64,000 bases of DNA from the NCBI GenBank assembly GCA_963752335.1, contig CAVVXW010000003.1:14700-78699 (forward strand), written 5' to 3'. The stretch is from an uncultured Acidimicrobiia bacterium. GTDB lineage: Bacteria; Actinomycetota; Acidimicrobiia; IMCC26256; JAENVU01. Positions 19,842 through 30,912 of the stretch are shown here, piece after piece. The notes under the pieces were generated by a model. That model did no database searches and was not told the origin of the DNA. It worked only from the letters and a program-made list of their open reading frames with translations. The position numbers and the translations under genes are program-made. Within the stretch, counting starts at the first letter, position 1, and every line of letters begins with the position of its first letter.

Positions 19842-22304
19842 CTAGCCGTCCTCCCCTTCTCCGCCCTCGAGGACGAGGGCGACGGCGACCACGGTCTCCC
19901 CGGTCTTGACCGCCGCGACCTTGACCCCGGTCGCGTCCCGGCCCTGCGAGGAGATGTCACGGACGCCGGTCCTGATGATATTGCCGGCGGAGCTGAAGAC
20001 GAGGATCTCGTCGTCCGGCTGCACCGTGAACGCGGCGACCACGCCACCACGGCTCGCGGTGATCTTCATTCCCCGCACACCCTGGCCACCGCGCCCTTGC
20101 TGCTTGAACCGGTCGAGCTTGGTGCGCTTGCCGTGCCCACTCGAACTCACGAAGAGCATCACCGAATCGTCCTTGGCCACGTCGCAGGAGACGACCGCGT
20201 CCTCGGCGTTCTTGAGCTTCATGCCCCGGACGCCGGCGGCGGCACGACCCATGGGGCGCACGTCGGACTCGGTGAAGCGGATGGTCATCCCGTTGCGCGA
20301 GACCATGAAGATGTCGTCCTCGCCACTCGTCTGGATCACCCGGACGAGCTCGTCGTCCTCCTTCAGGTTGATCGCGATCAGCCCGGTCCGTAGCGACGAG
20401 TCGTACTCACCCATCTTGGTCTTCTTGACCTGACCCTTCTTCGTGGCGAAGAACAGGTACGCGCCGTCCTCGTAGGTGCGCGTGTCGATCACGGCCTCGA
20501 CCCGCTCCTCGGGACCGAGCGCGAGCAGGTTCACGATGGCGGTGCCGCGCGCGGTGCGCTCCTTCATCGGGATCTCGTGCGCGCGCAACCGGTACACCTT
20601 GCCGCGGTTCGAGAAGAACAGCAGGTACGAATGCGCGGTCGTCGTGAGGAGGTGGGCGACGTAGTCCTCGTCCTTCAGGCTCGAGCCGCGCACACCCTTG
20701 CCGCCGCGACCCTGCTTGCGGAACGCGTCGGCGGCGACCGTCTTCACGTACCCCTTGGCCGAGAGCACCACGATGACCTCTTCGTCCTCGATGAGGTCGA
20801 GGTCGTCGATGTCGCCCGTGTCGAGCGTGACCTGAGTCCGGCGTTCGTCGGCGAACTTCTCGCGGACCTCGGCGAGCTCCTCGGAGATGACCGCCATCTT
20901 GCGCTCGTCGCTGGCGAGGATCGCCTCGAGCTCGGCGATGCGCGCCTGGAGCTCTGCGTGCTCGTCGACCAGCTTCTGGTGCTCGAGTTGGGCGAGGCGG
21001 CGCAGCGGCATGTCGAGGATGTGCGTTGCCTGCACCTCGCTGAACTCGAAGGGCTTGGCCTGGAGCACGGTGCGCGCCGCGTCGGTGTCCTCCGAACCGC
21101 GGATGAGCGCGATGATCTCGTCGATCGCGTCGAGCGCGCGCAGCAGACCTTCGACGATGTGGGCACGGTCACGGTCCTTGCGCAGCCGGTGCTCGGTACG
21201 TCGGGTGATCACCACCACCTGGTGGTCGATGTAGACCCGGAGCGCGTCGCGCAGGTTCAGCAGGCGTGGAATGCCGTCGACCAGCGCGAGCAGATGCACT
21301 GCGAAGTTCGTCTGCATCGGCGTGTGCTTGAACAGCTGGTTCAGCACGACCTGCGAGTTCGCGTCGCGCTTGAGCTCCACCACGAGGCGCACCGAATCGC
21401 CCGCCGACTCGTTCCGGACATCGCGGATGCCCTCGATCTTGCGCTCGTTCACGAGGTCCGCGATCTTCGAGCCGATGACCTCGACCGAGGTCTGGTACGG
21501 CACCTCGGAGATCACGATCCGCTGCTCGCCCTTGCGGCCCTCGTCGATCTCGGCGACCGCGCGCATCTTGATGGAGCCGCGACCGGTCCGGTACACGTCT
21601 CGCGCGCCGGCCTGACCGAGGATCAACGCGCCCGTCGGGAAGTCGGGGGCCTTGACGAAGGCCATGAGATCGTCGGGCGTGGAGTCGGGGTTCGCGATCA
21701 GGTGCTGCGTCGCGTCGATGACCTCGCCGAGGTTGTGCGGCGGGATGTTCGTGGCCATGCCGACTGCGATGCCCCCACCGCCGTTGACGAGCAGGTTCGG
21801 GAATCTCGCCGGCAGCACACCGGGTTCGTCGTTGTTGCCGTCGTAGGTCTCGTCGAAGTCGACGGTGTCCTCGTCGATCTCGCCGAGCAACTGCATCGCG
21901 AGCGGCGCGAGCTTCGCTTCTGTGTATCTCATCGCAGCCGCGTTGTCCTGCGGGTCGGGCGAGCCGAAGTTCCCGTGACCGTCGACGAGCGGGTAGCGCA
22001 ACGAGAAGTCCTGGGCCATGCGCGCGAGCGCGTCGTAGATCGACTGGTCCCCGTGGGGGTGGTACTTGCCCATCACGTCGCCGACGGCGGATGCGCACTT
22101 CTTGTAGTTGCGCTCCGGGCGGAGACCGCCCTCGTACATGCCGTAGAGGATGCGGCGCTGCACGGGTTTGAGGCCGTCGCGCACGTCGGGCAACGCTCGC
22201 GACGTGATGACCGACATGGCGTAGTCCAGGAAGGAGCGTTCCATCTCCTCCTGGATCTCGATCGGTTCGATGTTCAGTTCGAGGGGCTGTGCGCCGTCGG
22301 GCAC
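19842..22304 (-). CDS. gyrA: DNA gyrase subunit A
   Basis: 820 aa. [30 protein letters not shown], catalytic AAMRYTE, C-terminal beta-pinwheel repeats. Confidence 0.98.
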   Translation of the reverse strand: MPDGAQPLELNIEPIEIQEEMERSFLDYAMSVITSRALPDVRDGLKPVQRRILYGMYEGGLRPERNYKKCASAVGDVMGKYHPHGDQSIYDALARMAQDFSLRYPLVDGHGNFGSPDPQDNAAAMRYTEAKLAPLAMQLLGEIDEDTVDFDETYDGNNDEPGVLPARFPNLLVNGGGGIAVGMATNIPPHNLGEVIDATQHLIANPDSTPDDLMAFVKAPDFPTGALILGQAGARDVYRTGRGSIKMRAVAEIDEGRKGEQRIVISEVPYQTSVEVIGSKIADLVNERKIEGIRDVRNESAGDSVRLVVELKRDANSQVVLNQLFKHTPMQTNFAVHLLALVDGIPRLLNLRDALRVYIDHQVVVITRRTEHRLRKDRDRAHIVEGLLRALDAIDEIIALIRGSEDTDAARTVLQAKPFEFSEVQATHILDMPLRRLAQLEHQKLVDEHAELQARIAELEAILASDERKMAVISEELAEVREKFADERRTQVTLDTGDIDDLDLIEDEEVIVVLSAKGYVKTVAADAFRKQGRGGKGVRGSSLKDEDYVAHLLTTTAHSYLLFFSNRGKVYRLRAHEIPMKERTARGTAIVNLLALGPEERVEAVIDTRTYEDGAYLFFATKKGQVKKTKMGEYDSSLRTGLIAINLKEDDELVRVIQTSGEDDIFMVSRNGMTIRFTESDVRPMGRAAAGVRGMKLKNAEDAVVSCDVAKDDSVMLFVSSSGHGKRTKLDRFKQQGRGGQGVRGMKITASRGGVVAAFTVQPDDEILVFSSAGNIIRTGVRDISSQGRDATGVKVAAVKTGETVVAVALVLEGGEGEDG

Positions 22305-22347
22305 CAGGTCCTCCAGTCCGGGTTCGCGGGCGGATGCGGGCGAGAGA

Positions 22348-24249
22348 TCAGATGTCGAGGAAGCGGACGTCCTTCGCGTTCTCCTGGATGAACCCCTTGC
22401 GCGACTCGACGTTGTCGCCCATGAGCGTCGCGAACACCTCGTCGGCGATCGCCGCGTCCTCCACGGAGACCTTGAGCAGCGACCGCGTCTCGCGGTTCAT
22501 CGTGGTCGCTCCGAGCTCCTGCCAGTCCATCTCGCCGAGCCCCTTGAACCGGCTGACCTCGATCTTGCGGTTCTCGTGCTCGCTCTCGAACTCACGCAGC
22601 GCCGCCTCGTCCTTGAGGTAGGTGCGCTCCTTGCCGATGTCGGCACGGAACAGCGGTGGCTCCGCGACGTACACGTGCCCGCCGCGCACGAGCTCGGGCA
22701 TCTGGCGGTACAGGAACGTGAGCAACAGCGTGCGGATGTGCGAGCCGTCCACGTCGGCGTCGCTCATGAGGATGATCTTGTGGTAGCGGAGCTTCTCGAC
22801 GTCGAACTCCTCGGCGATGCCGGTGCCCGCCGCCGTGATCAAGGTCTGGATCTCCTCGTTCTTCAGCATCTTGTCCATGCGGGCGCGCTCGACGTTGAGG
22901 ATCTTCCCCCGGATCGGGAGGATCGCCTGGAACTCCGGGTTGCGGGCCCGCTTGGCCGACCCGCCGGCGCTGTCCCCCTCGACGATGAACAGCTCACAGT
23001 CCTCGGGGTTCTTCGAGGAGCAGTCGGCGAGCTTGCCCGGCATCGACGACGACTCGAGCAGGGACTTGCGGCGCGTGAGATCGCGCGCCTGGCGGGCCGC
23101 GACGCGAGCCCGTTGGGCCTGGGTCGCCTTGGCGACGATCTGCTTGGACTCGGCGGGATGCTCCTCGAGCCACTCGCCCAGCTTCTCGTTCGTGGCCTTC
23201 TCGACCATCGAGCGCATCTCGGTGTTGCCGAGCTTGGTCTTGGTCTGACCCTCGAACTGCGGGTTGCGCAGCTTCACCGAGATGATCGCGGTCAGCCCCT
23301 CGCGGATGTCCTCGCCGAGGAGGTTGTCGTCCTTCTCCTTGAGCAGGTTCTTGCCCCGGCAGTACTTGTTGACCGCGTTGGTGAGGGCCTTCTTGAAGCC
23401 CTCCTCGTGCATGCCGCCCTCGGTCGTCGCGATGTTGTTCGCGAAGGAGTGGATCCCCTCGTGGTATCCGGTGTTCCACTGCATCGCGACGTCGACCTCG
23501 TTCTCGGTCGTCGCGTCCTCGAACGCGACGACCCGCTTGAAGATCGGCTCCTTGCTCGCGTTGAGGTGCCGGACGAAGTCGGTGATGCCGCCGGCGAACT
23601 TGAACGTCTGGTCCGCGACCGGGCTCACGCGCTCGTCGCGGAAGTGGATCTCGAGACCCTTGTTGAGGAAGGCCATCTCGCGCAGCCGCTCGAGGAGGGT
23701 CTGGGCACGGAACTCGGTCTCCTCGAAGATCGTGGGGTCCGGCCAGAACGTCACGATCGTGCCGGTCCTTCTCGACGCGGCCTTCTTCGTCAGCTTGCCG
23801 GTGGGCTTGCCGCCGTTCGCGAAGCTCATCTCCCAGCGGGAGCCGTCCTGGTGGATCTCGAGATCGAGGCGACTCGAGAGCGCGTTCACGACCGACACGC
23901 CGACGCCGTGCAGCCCGCCGGAGATCTTGTAGGCCTCCCCGCCGAACTTGCCGCCCGCGTGCAGCACCGTGAGGACGACCTCCGCCGCGGACTTGTTCTT
24001 GTAGTCACGGTGGTTGTCGACCGGGATGCCGCGGCCGTTGTCCGAGACGCGACAGCCACCGTCGGCGAGGAGCACGACGTCGATGCGCGTTGCGTGGCCG
24101 GCCATGGCCTCGTCGACCGCGTTGTCCACGACCTCGTAGACCAGGTGGTGCAGACCGGACAGACCGGTCGATCCGATGTACATCCCCGGGCGCTCCCGGA
24201 CGGGCTCCAGGCCCTTGAGCACCGTGATGTCTTTCGCCCCGTAGGCCAC
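22348..24249 (-). CDS. gyrB: DNA gyrase subunit B
   Basis: ORF 22348..24339. Likely GTG start at 24249 ([27 protein letters not shown]). GHKL and Toprim motifs ([18 protein letters not shown]). Confidence 0.97.
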   Translation of the reverse strand: MAYGAKDITVLKGLEPVRERPGMYIGSTGLSGLHHLVYEVVDNAVDEAMAGHATRIDVVLLADGGCRVSDNGRGIPVDNHRDYKNKSAAEVVLTVLHAGGKFGGEAYKISGGLHGVGVSVVNALSSRLDLEIHQDGSRWEMSFANGGKPTGKLTKKAASRRTGTIVTFWPDPTIFEETEFRAQTLLERLREMAFLNKGLEIHFRDERVSPVADQTFKFAGGITDFVRHLNASKEPIFKRVVAFEDATTENEVDVAMQWNTGYHEGIHSFANNIATTEGGMHEEGFKKALTNAVNKYCRGKNLLKEKDDNLLGEDIREGLTAIISVKLRNPQFEGQTKTKLGNTEMRSMVEKATNEKLGEWLEEHPAESKQIVAKATQAQRARVAARQARDLTRRKSLLESSSMPGKLADCSSKNPEDCELFIVEGDSAGGSAKRARNPEFQAILPIRGKILNVERARMDKMLKNEEIQTLITAAGTGIAEEFDVEKLRYHKIILMSDADVDGSHIRTLLLTFLYRQMPELVRGGHVYVAEPPLFRADIGKERTYLKDEAALREFESEHENRKIEVSRFKGLGEMDWQELGATTMNRETRSLLKVSVEDAAIADEVFATLMGDNVESRKGFIQENAKDVRFLDI

Positions 24250-24390
24250 CCGCGCAGCACCTCTCGTGGTTCGTCGTCTCGACCGTCCCGGCGGTCTCAC
24301 GAACCCGGCGAGGTGCCGGTGGGCGGAGGCCCGGAACACGCCCTCGGCCCGACCCCCCGCCCGGCGCGCGTTTCGGCGCGAAAGTCCTGG

Positions 24391-24882
24391 TCAGAGGGGG
24401 TATCCGAGGTGCAAACAGTGTACCACGGGGCAGTGACCCGCCCGGGGTTCACCGGGGGGTTTCACGCCCCGGATCCTGGCCGGTTTCCGGGTCCGGCGCG
24501 ATCCGGGCTTCATGCCCCGCCCGCGGCTCGCGTCGCCCGGGGCGTCTCGCACGCCCTGGGACGCTCCAACGGATATGTCACGGATCGCGGCGTTCGGCAC
24601 CCTTTCCGAGAGCTCGGCGACGAGCCCGTCCGTGAGGTACCGGAACTGACCCGCCCACGCCGGGTCGTCGACCCCGATCCGCAGGATCCCGTCCCGGAGG
24701 TGCAGGGGCACCGAGTGGGCGGCCAACAGCTCTCCCACGAGCTCGGGCCACGTGGCCCGGATCCGGTCGAGCTGGCTCGGCTCGGGTGTGCCGAGCTCCC
24801 GCCGGATGCGGGCGAGCGCGTCGCCGACGGGGCGGGGTTCCTCAGCCAACGACGCGGCCCTCGTGAATCCGGATCCAGGCAT
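24391..24882 (-). CDS. dciA: DUF721/DciA-like protein (Rv0004 position)
   Basis: 163-aa ORF between recF and gyrB. LDRIRATWPELVGELLAAHSVPLHLRDGILRIGVDDPAWAGQFRYL fits DUF721. The start is uncertain (TTG 24849 is possible). Confidence 0.7.
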   Translation of the reverse strand: MPGSGFTRAASLAEEPRPVGDALARIRRELGTPEPSQLDRIRATWPELVGELLAAHSVPLHLRDGILRIGVDDPAWAGQFRYLTDGLVAELSERVPNAAIRDISVGASQGVRDAPGDASRGRGMKPGSRRTRKPARIRGVKPPGEPRAGHCPVVHCLHLGYPL

Positions 24883-25939
24883 CGGCCACGATCCCTTCCG
24901 GCACCGCGCCCGCAGTCGTCACGAAGGTCTGGGTGGCGGGCAGGTTGGCCACGAGCGCAGCACCACGTTGTGCGTCGAGCTCGCTGAACACGTCGTCGAG
25001 GAGCAGGACGGGCTCGGCCCCGGTCGCCTCCGCCACGATGCGGTGTCCGGCGAGCCGGAGGCCGAGCGCGAGGGTGCGTTGCTCGCCCTGGGAGGCGTGG
25101 TGTCGGGCGTCCATGCCGTCGAGCACCAGGGACCAGTCGTCGCGGTGGGGACCCACGAGCGTGATGCCGCGATCCTCCTCCCGCCGTCGCAGCGCGTCGA
25201 GCCCCTCGGTCAGCGCGACGGTCACCGTCTCGGGTGCGAGTGGACCGGCGTACCACTCCGGCTCGTAGATCGCGGTGAAGCCCGGTGCGCTGCCGGCCAG
25301 CGTGCGGTAGGCGGCTTCCACCCGCGGGGCGAGCTCTGCGATCAACTCCAACCGCCCGCGCACCAGCTCGCTGCCCGACTCGACGAGACGGGCATCGAGA
25401 ACGTCACGCGTCGTGCGGTCCTCGGCGCTGCGAATCCCCGCTCGCAACAACGCGTTGCGCTGCTTCAACACACGCTCGTAGTCGTTGATGACCGCCGCGA
25501 ACCGCGGGGTCGTGGCCACGACGAGCTCGTCGAGGTACTCGCGCCGACCCGCGGGACCACCCTTCACGAGCGAGAGGTCGTCCGGTGCGAACACGGTGAC
25601 GCGCAGATGCTGGGCGAGATCACGCCGGCGAGTGACGTTCTGCTTGTTCGCGAGGATCTGATTGCGGCCGGCCACGCGCAATGCGATCTCCACGAGCACC
25701 TCGCGCTCGTCGTGGTGGATCGTCGCCCGGATGATCGCCTCCTCGCCACCGGAACGGACCAGCGCGCGGTCCGGGACCCCGCGGAGCGAACGACCGGTCG
25801 CGACCCAGGCCATCGCCTCGAGGAGGCTCGTCTTGCCCTGCCCGTTGCTCCCGGTGATGACCGTGCAGCCGGTTCCGAGCTCGACCTCGACGTGCTCGTA
25901 GCAGCGGAAGTCGGTCAGCCCCAGGCGACCGAGGTGCAC
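24842..25939 (-). CDS. recF: DNA replication/repair protein RecF
   Basis: 365 aa. MHLGRLGLTDFRCYE, Walker A GSNGQGKTSLLEA, signature SQGEQRTLAL, Walker B LLLDDVFSELD. Confidence 0.97.
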   Translation of the reverse strand: MHLGRLGLTDFRCYEHVEVELGTGCTVITGSNGQGKTSLLEAMAWVATGRSLRGVPDRALVRSGGEEAIIRATIHHDEREVLVEIALRVAGRNQILANKQNVTRRRDLAQHLRVTVFAPDDLSLVKGGPAGRREYLDELVVATTPRFAAVINDYERVLKQRNALLRAGIRSAEDRTTRDVLDARLVESGSELVRGRLELIAELAPRVEAAYRTLAGSAPGFTAIYEPEWYAGPLAPETVTVALTEGLDALRRREEDRGITLVGPHRDDWSLVLDGMDARHHASQGEQRTLALGLRLAGHRIVAEATGAEPVLLLDDVFSELDAQRGAALVANLPATQTFVTTAGAVPEGIVADAWIRIHEGRVVG

Positions 25940-25940
25940 G

Positions 25941-27038
25941 TCAGCTGATGCGGACCGGCATCAACAGGTAGAGGAACTCCTGGCGGTCACCACCCCGCAA
26001 CGTCGCGGGCTTGAGCGGGTCCATGGTCTCGAGCACGGCCTCCTCGCCCTCGATCGCGCCCAGTCCGTCGATGAGGAACTGAGGGTTGAACGCGACGGTC
26101 AGGTCCGAGCCCTCGAACTTCGCGTCGAGGGTCTCGACCGCGTCGGCCCGCTCCTGGGCGGTCGCGGAGAGCTCGAGGCCGGCCGCGCTCATCGCGAGTC
26201 GGACCGGTGTGCCCTCACGGCCCTCCCCGACGATCTGCATCAACCGCGCGGCTTCCTGCAGCGCCTCGCGGGACACCGTCATCCGATTGGGGTAGCCGTT
26301 CGGGATCAACTGGTTGTAGTTCGGGAACTCGCCTTCGATGAGGCGCGTGGTCACCGACCGCGACTCGTTCGCGAACTTCACCTCGCGCTCGCCGAGCGTG
26401 ACCTGGATCTGACCCGAGGAGAACACGCGCTGCACCTCGTTGAGCCCGCGTGCGCCGACGAGCACCTGCTGGCCCTCGCCGAGCATGCCGACGCCCTCGA
26501 GATCACGGACCGCGAGCCGGTACGAGTCGGTCGCGACCAGACGGATACCTGTGGCGGTCGCGGTGATCAGCACACCGGTGAGGATCGGACGGGCATCGTC
26601 TCGCGACGCCGCCGGGATGACCTGGCGGAGTGCCTCGGCCAGTGGCTCCGCCTCGACCGTGACCGAATCACCCTCCGGATCGCCGACGCGCGGAAACTCG
26701 TCGGCCGGTAGCAGGCGCACACCGGCGCGCGCCGGGCCCGCGACGATGCGGGCGTCGTCACCCTCGACCTCGAACGTCACCGCTCCGGCCTTGAGCCGTG
26801 TCGTGAGACCGTCGAAGAGCTTCGCAGGGACGACCGCGTGCCCGGGCTCGTCGACCTGTGCCGGGATGGTGACCCGGATCGTGAGATCCAGATCGGACCC
26901 GACGAGCTCGACCGAGTTGTTCGCGGCCGTCACCTGGACGCCTGACAGCACCGGCAGGGCACCGCTGCGCACGGCCACGGCTCGCTGCGCCGTCCCGATG
27001 GCCTCGGCGAGGGTGTCGCGCTCGCATCGGAACTTCAC
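25941..27038 (-). CDS. dnaN: DNA polymerase III beta sliding clamp
   Basis: ORF 25941..27116. Conserved N-terminus VKFRCERDTLAEAIGTAQRAV begins at in-frame GTG 27038. Confidence 0.95.
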   Translation of the reverse strand: MKFRCERDTLAEAIGTAQRAVAVRSGALPVLSGVQVTAANNSVELVGSDLDLTIRVTIPAQVDEPGHAVVPAKLFDGLTTRLKAGAVTFEVEGDDARIVAGPARAGVRLLPADEFPRVGDPEGDSVTVEAEPLAEALRQVIPAASRDDARPILTGVLITATATGIRLVATDSYRLAVRDLEGVGMLGEGQQVLVGARGLNEVQRVFSSGQIQVTLGEREVKFANESRSVTTRLIEGEFPNYNQLIPNGYPNRMTVSREALQEAARLMQIVGEGREGTPVRLAMSAAGLELSATAQERADAVETLDAKFEGSDLTVAFNPQFLIDGLGAIEGEEAVLETMDPLKPATLRGGDRQEFLYLLMPVRIS

Positions 27039-27254
27039 TGTCCACCTCCGGGATACGAAAAGAATTGGTTTTGTAGCACTGGTAGTAGGGGGTGTGGATT
27101 GTGGATCACGCGGCATCTGCGCAGGTGGGATGGTCCGCCACTCCTCACAGGACTGTCCCCGCTTTCCACCGCCTGGGAATACGAAACGTGTGGTTTCAAG
27201 GGGTTTCCCACCGTGGGCCTCCGATATCCCCAGCCTTCCACAGGGTTATCCACC
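27039..27254. other. oriC: Candidate oriC (dnaA-dnaN intergenic DnaA-box cluster plus AT-rich element)
   Basis: DnaA-box-like 8-9mers at 27093-27100 (TGTGGATT), 27100-27108 (TGTGGATCA), 27162-27170 (CTTTCCACC), 27189-27197 (TGTGGTTTC), 27235-27242 (CTTCCACA) and 27246-27254 (TTATCCACC). Local AT-rich stretch GATACGAAAAGAATTGGTTTTGTAGCACTGGTAGTA at 27051-27086. Confidence 0.75.
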
Positions 27255-28661
27255 GGTGCCGAGCCGGACGCGGCTCATCAGCTCGTTGACCTGGTCGAAG
27301 ACCTGGTGACGCTCGGTCATGAGCGCCTTGATCTTCTCGACCGCGTGGATGACCGTGGTGTGATCCCGCCCTCCGAACTGCTCGGCGATGCGGGGGTAGG
27401 AGAAGTCGGTCAGCTCCCGGAAGACGTACATGCCGATCTGGCGGGCGGTCACCAGCGGTCGGCGGCGACTCTTGCCACACAGGTCCTCGACGGTGAAGCC
27501 GAACATCTTCGCGGTCTCGTCGAGGATCAGCTCGGGTGTCACGACCCGGGGCTTCGAGGGCGGAAGGAGATCGGCCAGGACCTGCTTGGCCACGGCCTCG
27601 TCGAGGGTGGTGCGGTGAAGGCTGGAGTAGGCCGCGATCCGGATGAGGGCGCCTTCGAGCTCGCGGACGTTGTCGGCGATGTTCGACGCGATGAACGCCA
27701 GGACGTCGTCGGGGATGTTCTCGAGCCGCTCGGACTCCGCCTTCATGCGCAGGATGGCCAGCCGCGTCTCGAACTCGGGGGGTTGGACGTCGGTGATGAG
27801 ACCCCACTCCAGTCGCGTCCGGAGGCGGTCCTCCAGCCTCGGGATCTGCTTGGGTGGCCGATCCGAGGAGAGGACGATCTGGCCGCCGGCACCGTGGAGC
27901 GAGTTGAAGGTGTGGAAGAACTCCTCCTGGAGTTGCTGGGATCGTTCCAGGAACTGGATGTCGTCGACGAGGAGCAGGTCCACCTCCCGGTAGCGCCGCC
28001 GGAACGAGTTGGCGGCGTTGTTCCGGATGGCGTCGACGAACTCGTTCATGAGCGTCTCGGTCGAGACGTACCGGATGCGACTGAGCTGGTGGACCTCCTT
28101 GGCGTAGTTGCCGATGGCGTGCAGGAGGTGGGTCTTGCCGAGCCCGGCCGGGCCGTAGATGAACAGCGGGTTGTACGAACGTGCCGGCGCTTCGGCGACG
28201 GCGAGGGCGGCGGCATGCGCGAAGCGGTTCGACGCCCCGATCACGAAGTGCTCGAAGGTGTAGCGGGGGTTCAGCGCGGTCCACGCCGGCGGCGCTTCCA
28301 CCCCGGAGGGGACGATCAGCGCGGCGGGGTTCGGTGTCGCTCCGGGCGTGGGTGCACCGGTGAGGTCCGGCGGCGGGCCCTGGGTGACCACGACCGGCTC
28401 GTCGACGCGGGGGGCGGTCTCCACGGTCAGGTCGATCACGATGTCGTCCCCGGTGATGTCCTGGAGCACCGCGGCGATCAACCCGCTGTAGCTGGACCGG
28501 ATCCGCTCGCAGACCACGCCGTTGGGCGTCGCGAGCCGGAGCCGGTCCCCGTCGAGCTCGACCGGACGAACGTCGCGGAACCAGGTGTTCCAGGTTCCTT
28601 CGGACAGCTGCTCCTGGAGCGCTGTCGTCGCCTGGTCCCACGTCTGGGCAGCAGTGGTCAC
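27246..28661 (-). CDS. dnaA: Chromosomal replication initiator protein DnaA
   Basis: ORF 27246..28871. Likely GTG start at 28661 (VTTAAQTWDQATTALQEQL..). AAA+ GPAGLGKTHLL, LLVDDIQFL, C-terminal DNA-binding HTTVIHAVEKI. Confidence 0.97.
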   Translation of the reverse strand: MTTAAQTWDQATTALQEQLSEGTWNTWFRDVRPVELDGDRLRLATPNGVVCERIRSSYSGLIAAVLQDITGDDIVIDLTVETAPRVDEPVVVTQGPPPDLTGAPTPGATPNPAALIVPSGVEAPPAWTALNPRYTFEHFVIGASNRFAHAAALAVAEAPARSYNPLFIYGPAGLGKTHLLHAIGNYAKEVHQLSRIRYVSTETLMNEFVDAIRNNAANSFRRRYREVDLLLVDDIQFLERSQQLQEEFFHTFNSLHGAGGQIVLSSDRPPKQIPRLEDRLRTRLEWGLITDVQPPEFETRLAILRMKAESERLENIPDDVLAFIASNIADNVRELEGALIRIAAYSSLHRTTLDEAVAKQVLADLLPPSKPRVVTPELILDETAKMFGFTVEDLCGKSRRRPLVTARQIGMYVFRELTDFSYPRIAEQFGGRDHTTVIHAVEKIKALMTERHQVFDQVNELMSRVRLGTGG

Positions 28662-28674
28662 ACGCCAGTCAGGA

Positions 28675-28706
28675 ATTTCCACAGCCCCATCCACAAGTGT
28701 GGAGAA
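28675..28706. promoter_or_regulatory. DnaA-box trio upstream of dnaA
   Basis: ATTTCCACA (28675-28683), CCATCCACA (28687-28695) and TGTGGAGAA (28698-28706), within 45 nt of the dnaA start. Confidence 0.6.
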
Positions 28707-29159
28707 CTGATAGCCCCGGAAATCGGGCTTGAAGTCTCCGCCGTCGGCCTGGGTCCGGAGTCCCGTGACTCCAAAGGGAGATCCCACCGCCCGAGGCCGT
28801 GGACGGCCGGTGGGAGCCGAGACCGTAGCAGCAGCACCCCCGCCCCTCAAGGGAGCAAGCCAGAAGATCATCCGTGTAATTCACCGAGTCGGGTGGCGTT
28901 GTCCCCAGGGTTGCGACTGACGCGCGCGGCGCGTGATGGAGCCATCCCCCGAGTCGCGCGGCAGGGTGGGGGGAAGGCGGTCCCGTTCCGTCCCGACGCG
29001 AGCCGGGGCCGACGCCGGGCCACCCACGGTATCGTCCCCGCGTTGCGGCCGGGAGAGGGCGCCCTCTAGACTCCCCCCGTTTCCGCCCCTTCCCCATCGC
29101 TTCCGAGCCCCCTTCGCTCGGTTGTCCGGGGCGATCGATCCTCTTCGAGGAGGCCATGC

Positions 29160-29294
29160 GTGAAGCGGACCTTCCAGCCGAACAACCGGAAGCGCAAGAA
29201 GAAGCACGGGTTCCGCACCCGGATGCGCACTCGTGCCGGCCGGGCCGTGGTCAAGGCCCGCCGTGGGCGCGGCCGCGCTCGGCTCTCGGCCTGA
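29160..29294 (+). CDS. rpmH: 50S ribosomal protein L34
   Basis: Not in the track (44 aa). GTG 29160 preceded by GAGGAGG. Translation [44 protein letters not shown]. Confidence 0.95.
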   Translation: MKRTFQPNNRKRKKKHGFRTRMRTRAGRAVVKARRGRGRARLSA

Positions 29295-29608
29295 TCCACC
29301 GCATCCGTCGTCGTGCGATCTTCTCCGAGCTCGCGCGCGTTCGTCCCCGCCGCCAGGGCCCCGTCTGGGTACGGCGCACCCCGGTCGGCGACGGTCCTCC
29401 TCAGGTCGCCTATGCCGTCGGTCGTCCGGTGGGAAACGCCGTGACCCGTAATCGACTCCGCCGCCGTCTCCGCGGGATCGTCACGCGCCACGCGTCCGAG
29501 CTGGAGCCGGCGACGGCCTACCTGATCGGTGCGGGTCGAGCGGCGACCGAGCTCCGTGGCGACGCGCTCGAACGCACGGTGGTCGCAGCGTTGGCGAGTC
29601 GGCCATGA
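29291..29608 (+). CDS. rnpA: Ribonuclease P protein component
   Basis: Frame of ORF 29156..29608. The conserved part starts at [14 protein letters not shown]... The only plausible start is CTG 29291, overlapping the rpmH stop. Start is uncertain. Confidence 0.75.
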   Translation: MIHRIRRRAIFSELARVRPRRQGPVWVRRTPVGDGPPQVAYAVGRPVGNAVTRNRLRRRLRGIVTRHASELEPATAYLIGAGRAATELRGDALERTVVAALASRP

Positions 29609-29859
29609 CGCGCCCGGGCCTGAGCGCACGGGCGGGAATCGCACTGATTCGCGGCTATCAAAAGGTGATGGCCGGTACCACCCCGCGGTGTCGATTCGCG
29701 CCGACGTGCTCCGAATACACGCGCCAGGCCATCGAGTTGCGCGGGCTCGGGCGGGGCGTGTGGACGGGGCTGCGTCGCGTCAGCCGATGCCACCCGTGGA
29801 ACCCCGGGGGCTACGACCCCGTCGTCGACCCGAACACCAGTTCGGTATCCGGAGGCTAG
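29605..29859 (+). CDS. yidD: Membrane protein insertion efficiency factor YidD
   Basis: 84 aa. IRGYQKV..RCRFAPTCSEYTRQAI..G..RCHPW.PGGYDPV. Confidence 0.9.
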   Translation: MTRPGLSARAGIALIRGYQKVMAGTTPRCRFAPTCSEYTRQAIELRGLGRGVWTGLRRVSRCHPWNPGGYDPVVDPNTSSVSGG

Positions 29860-29865
29860 TCCGCC

Positions 29866-30912
29866 ATGTGGGACGCAGTACGCGAGGCACTGGGCACCGT
29901 CCTCGCCTTCTTCTACGACATCATCCCGAACTCGGGTGTCGCGATCATCCTGCTCACCGTCGCGGTGCGACTGGTGCTCTTCCCCCTGACCGCGAAGCAG
30001 GCGAAGTCGATGCTCGCGATGCAGCGGGTGCAGCCCGAGATCAAGAAGCTCCAGGCGAAGTACAAGAACGACCGCCAGAAGCTCAACGAAGAGATGATGA
30101 AGTTCTACAAGGAGAACGAGATCAATCCGCTCGGCGGCTGTCTCCCCCTCCTGATCCAGATGCCGGTCTTCTTCGCGCTCTACCAGACGTTGCGGGACAT
30201 CCAGAAGTTCATCCCGACGGACTCGAAGATGTTCGGCGACATCTGCCACAGCGCGAAGACCGCGGCGCAGTGCAAGACGCCGGACATGAAGTTCGCGGGC
30301 ATGAACCTGACCACCTCGGCCGCGAAGGCGGCCGACCACGGCATCGGTCACGCGCTCCCCTACCTCGTCCTGGTCGGACTCGTCGTCGTCACCGGGTTCG
30401 TGCAGCAGCGCCAGACGATGCGCAACCAGACCAACCCGAACCCGCAGATGGCGATCATCGGGAAGGTCTTCCCGATCGTGTTCGCCTTCATCTCCTGGAG
30501 CCTCCCCGCCGGGGTCGGGCTCTACTTCGCGACGTCGAACCTGTGGCAGGTCGGTCAGCAGGAGTTCGTCTTCCGAACCATCGGCACCGCCGCCGGGCCA
30601 CCCAAGAAGAAGGGTCGAGCCGCGCTCGAGGGTTCGGACGAAGACGCGGGGGACGACGGCGGGGGTACCACCACGGCCACGCGAACGCCGAAGCCGCCCG
30701 GAGGCAAGGGCGGTACCGCGGGATCGGCCCCGAGCGGGGGAGGCGGCAGGACCGCGGGATCGGGGAAGGCCGGCGGCGGGTCCGGCAAGGGGAGCGGCGG
30801 CTCGGGGAAGGGGAGCGGCGGCTCCGCCAAGGGCGCCGGCTCGCAGTCCCCGAACGGCGGCCAGGCACGCAGCAGCGGCTCGGCCCGGAGCAACCGAAAG
30901 CGGAAGCGATAG
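29866..30912 (+). CDS. yidC: Membrane protein insertase YidC with long Gly/Ser/Lys-rich C-terminal tail
   Basis: 348 aa. ILLTVAVRLVLFPLTAKQAKSMLAMQRVQPEIKKLQAKYK..GCLPLLIQMPVFFALY. About 110-aa low-complexity tail ending RKRKR. Confidence 0.93.
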   Translation: MWDAVREALGTVLAFFYDIIPNSGVAIILLTVAVRLVLFPLTAKQAKSMLAMQRVQPEIKKLQAKYKNDRQKLNEEMMKFYKENEINPLGGCLPLLIQMPVFFALYQTLRDIQKFIPTDSKMFGDICHSAKTAAQCKTPDMKFAGMNLTTSAAKAADHGIGHALPYLVLVGLVVVTGFVQQRQTMRNQTNPNPQMAIIGKVFPIVFAFISWSLPAGVGLYFATSNLWQVGQQEFVFRTIGTAAGPPKKKGRAALEGSDEDAGDDGGGTTTATRTPKPPGGKGGTAGSAPSGGGGRTAGSGKAGGGSGKGSGGSGKGSGGSAKGAGSQSPNGGQARSSGSARSNRKRKR

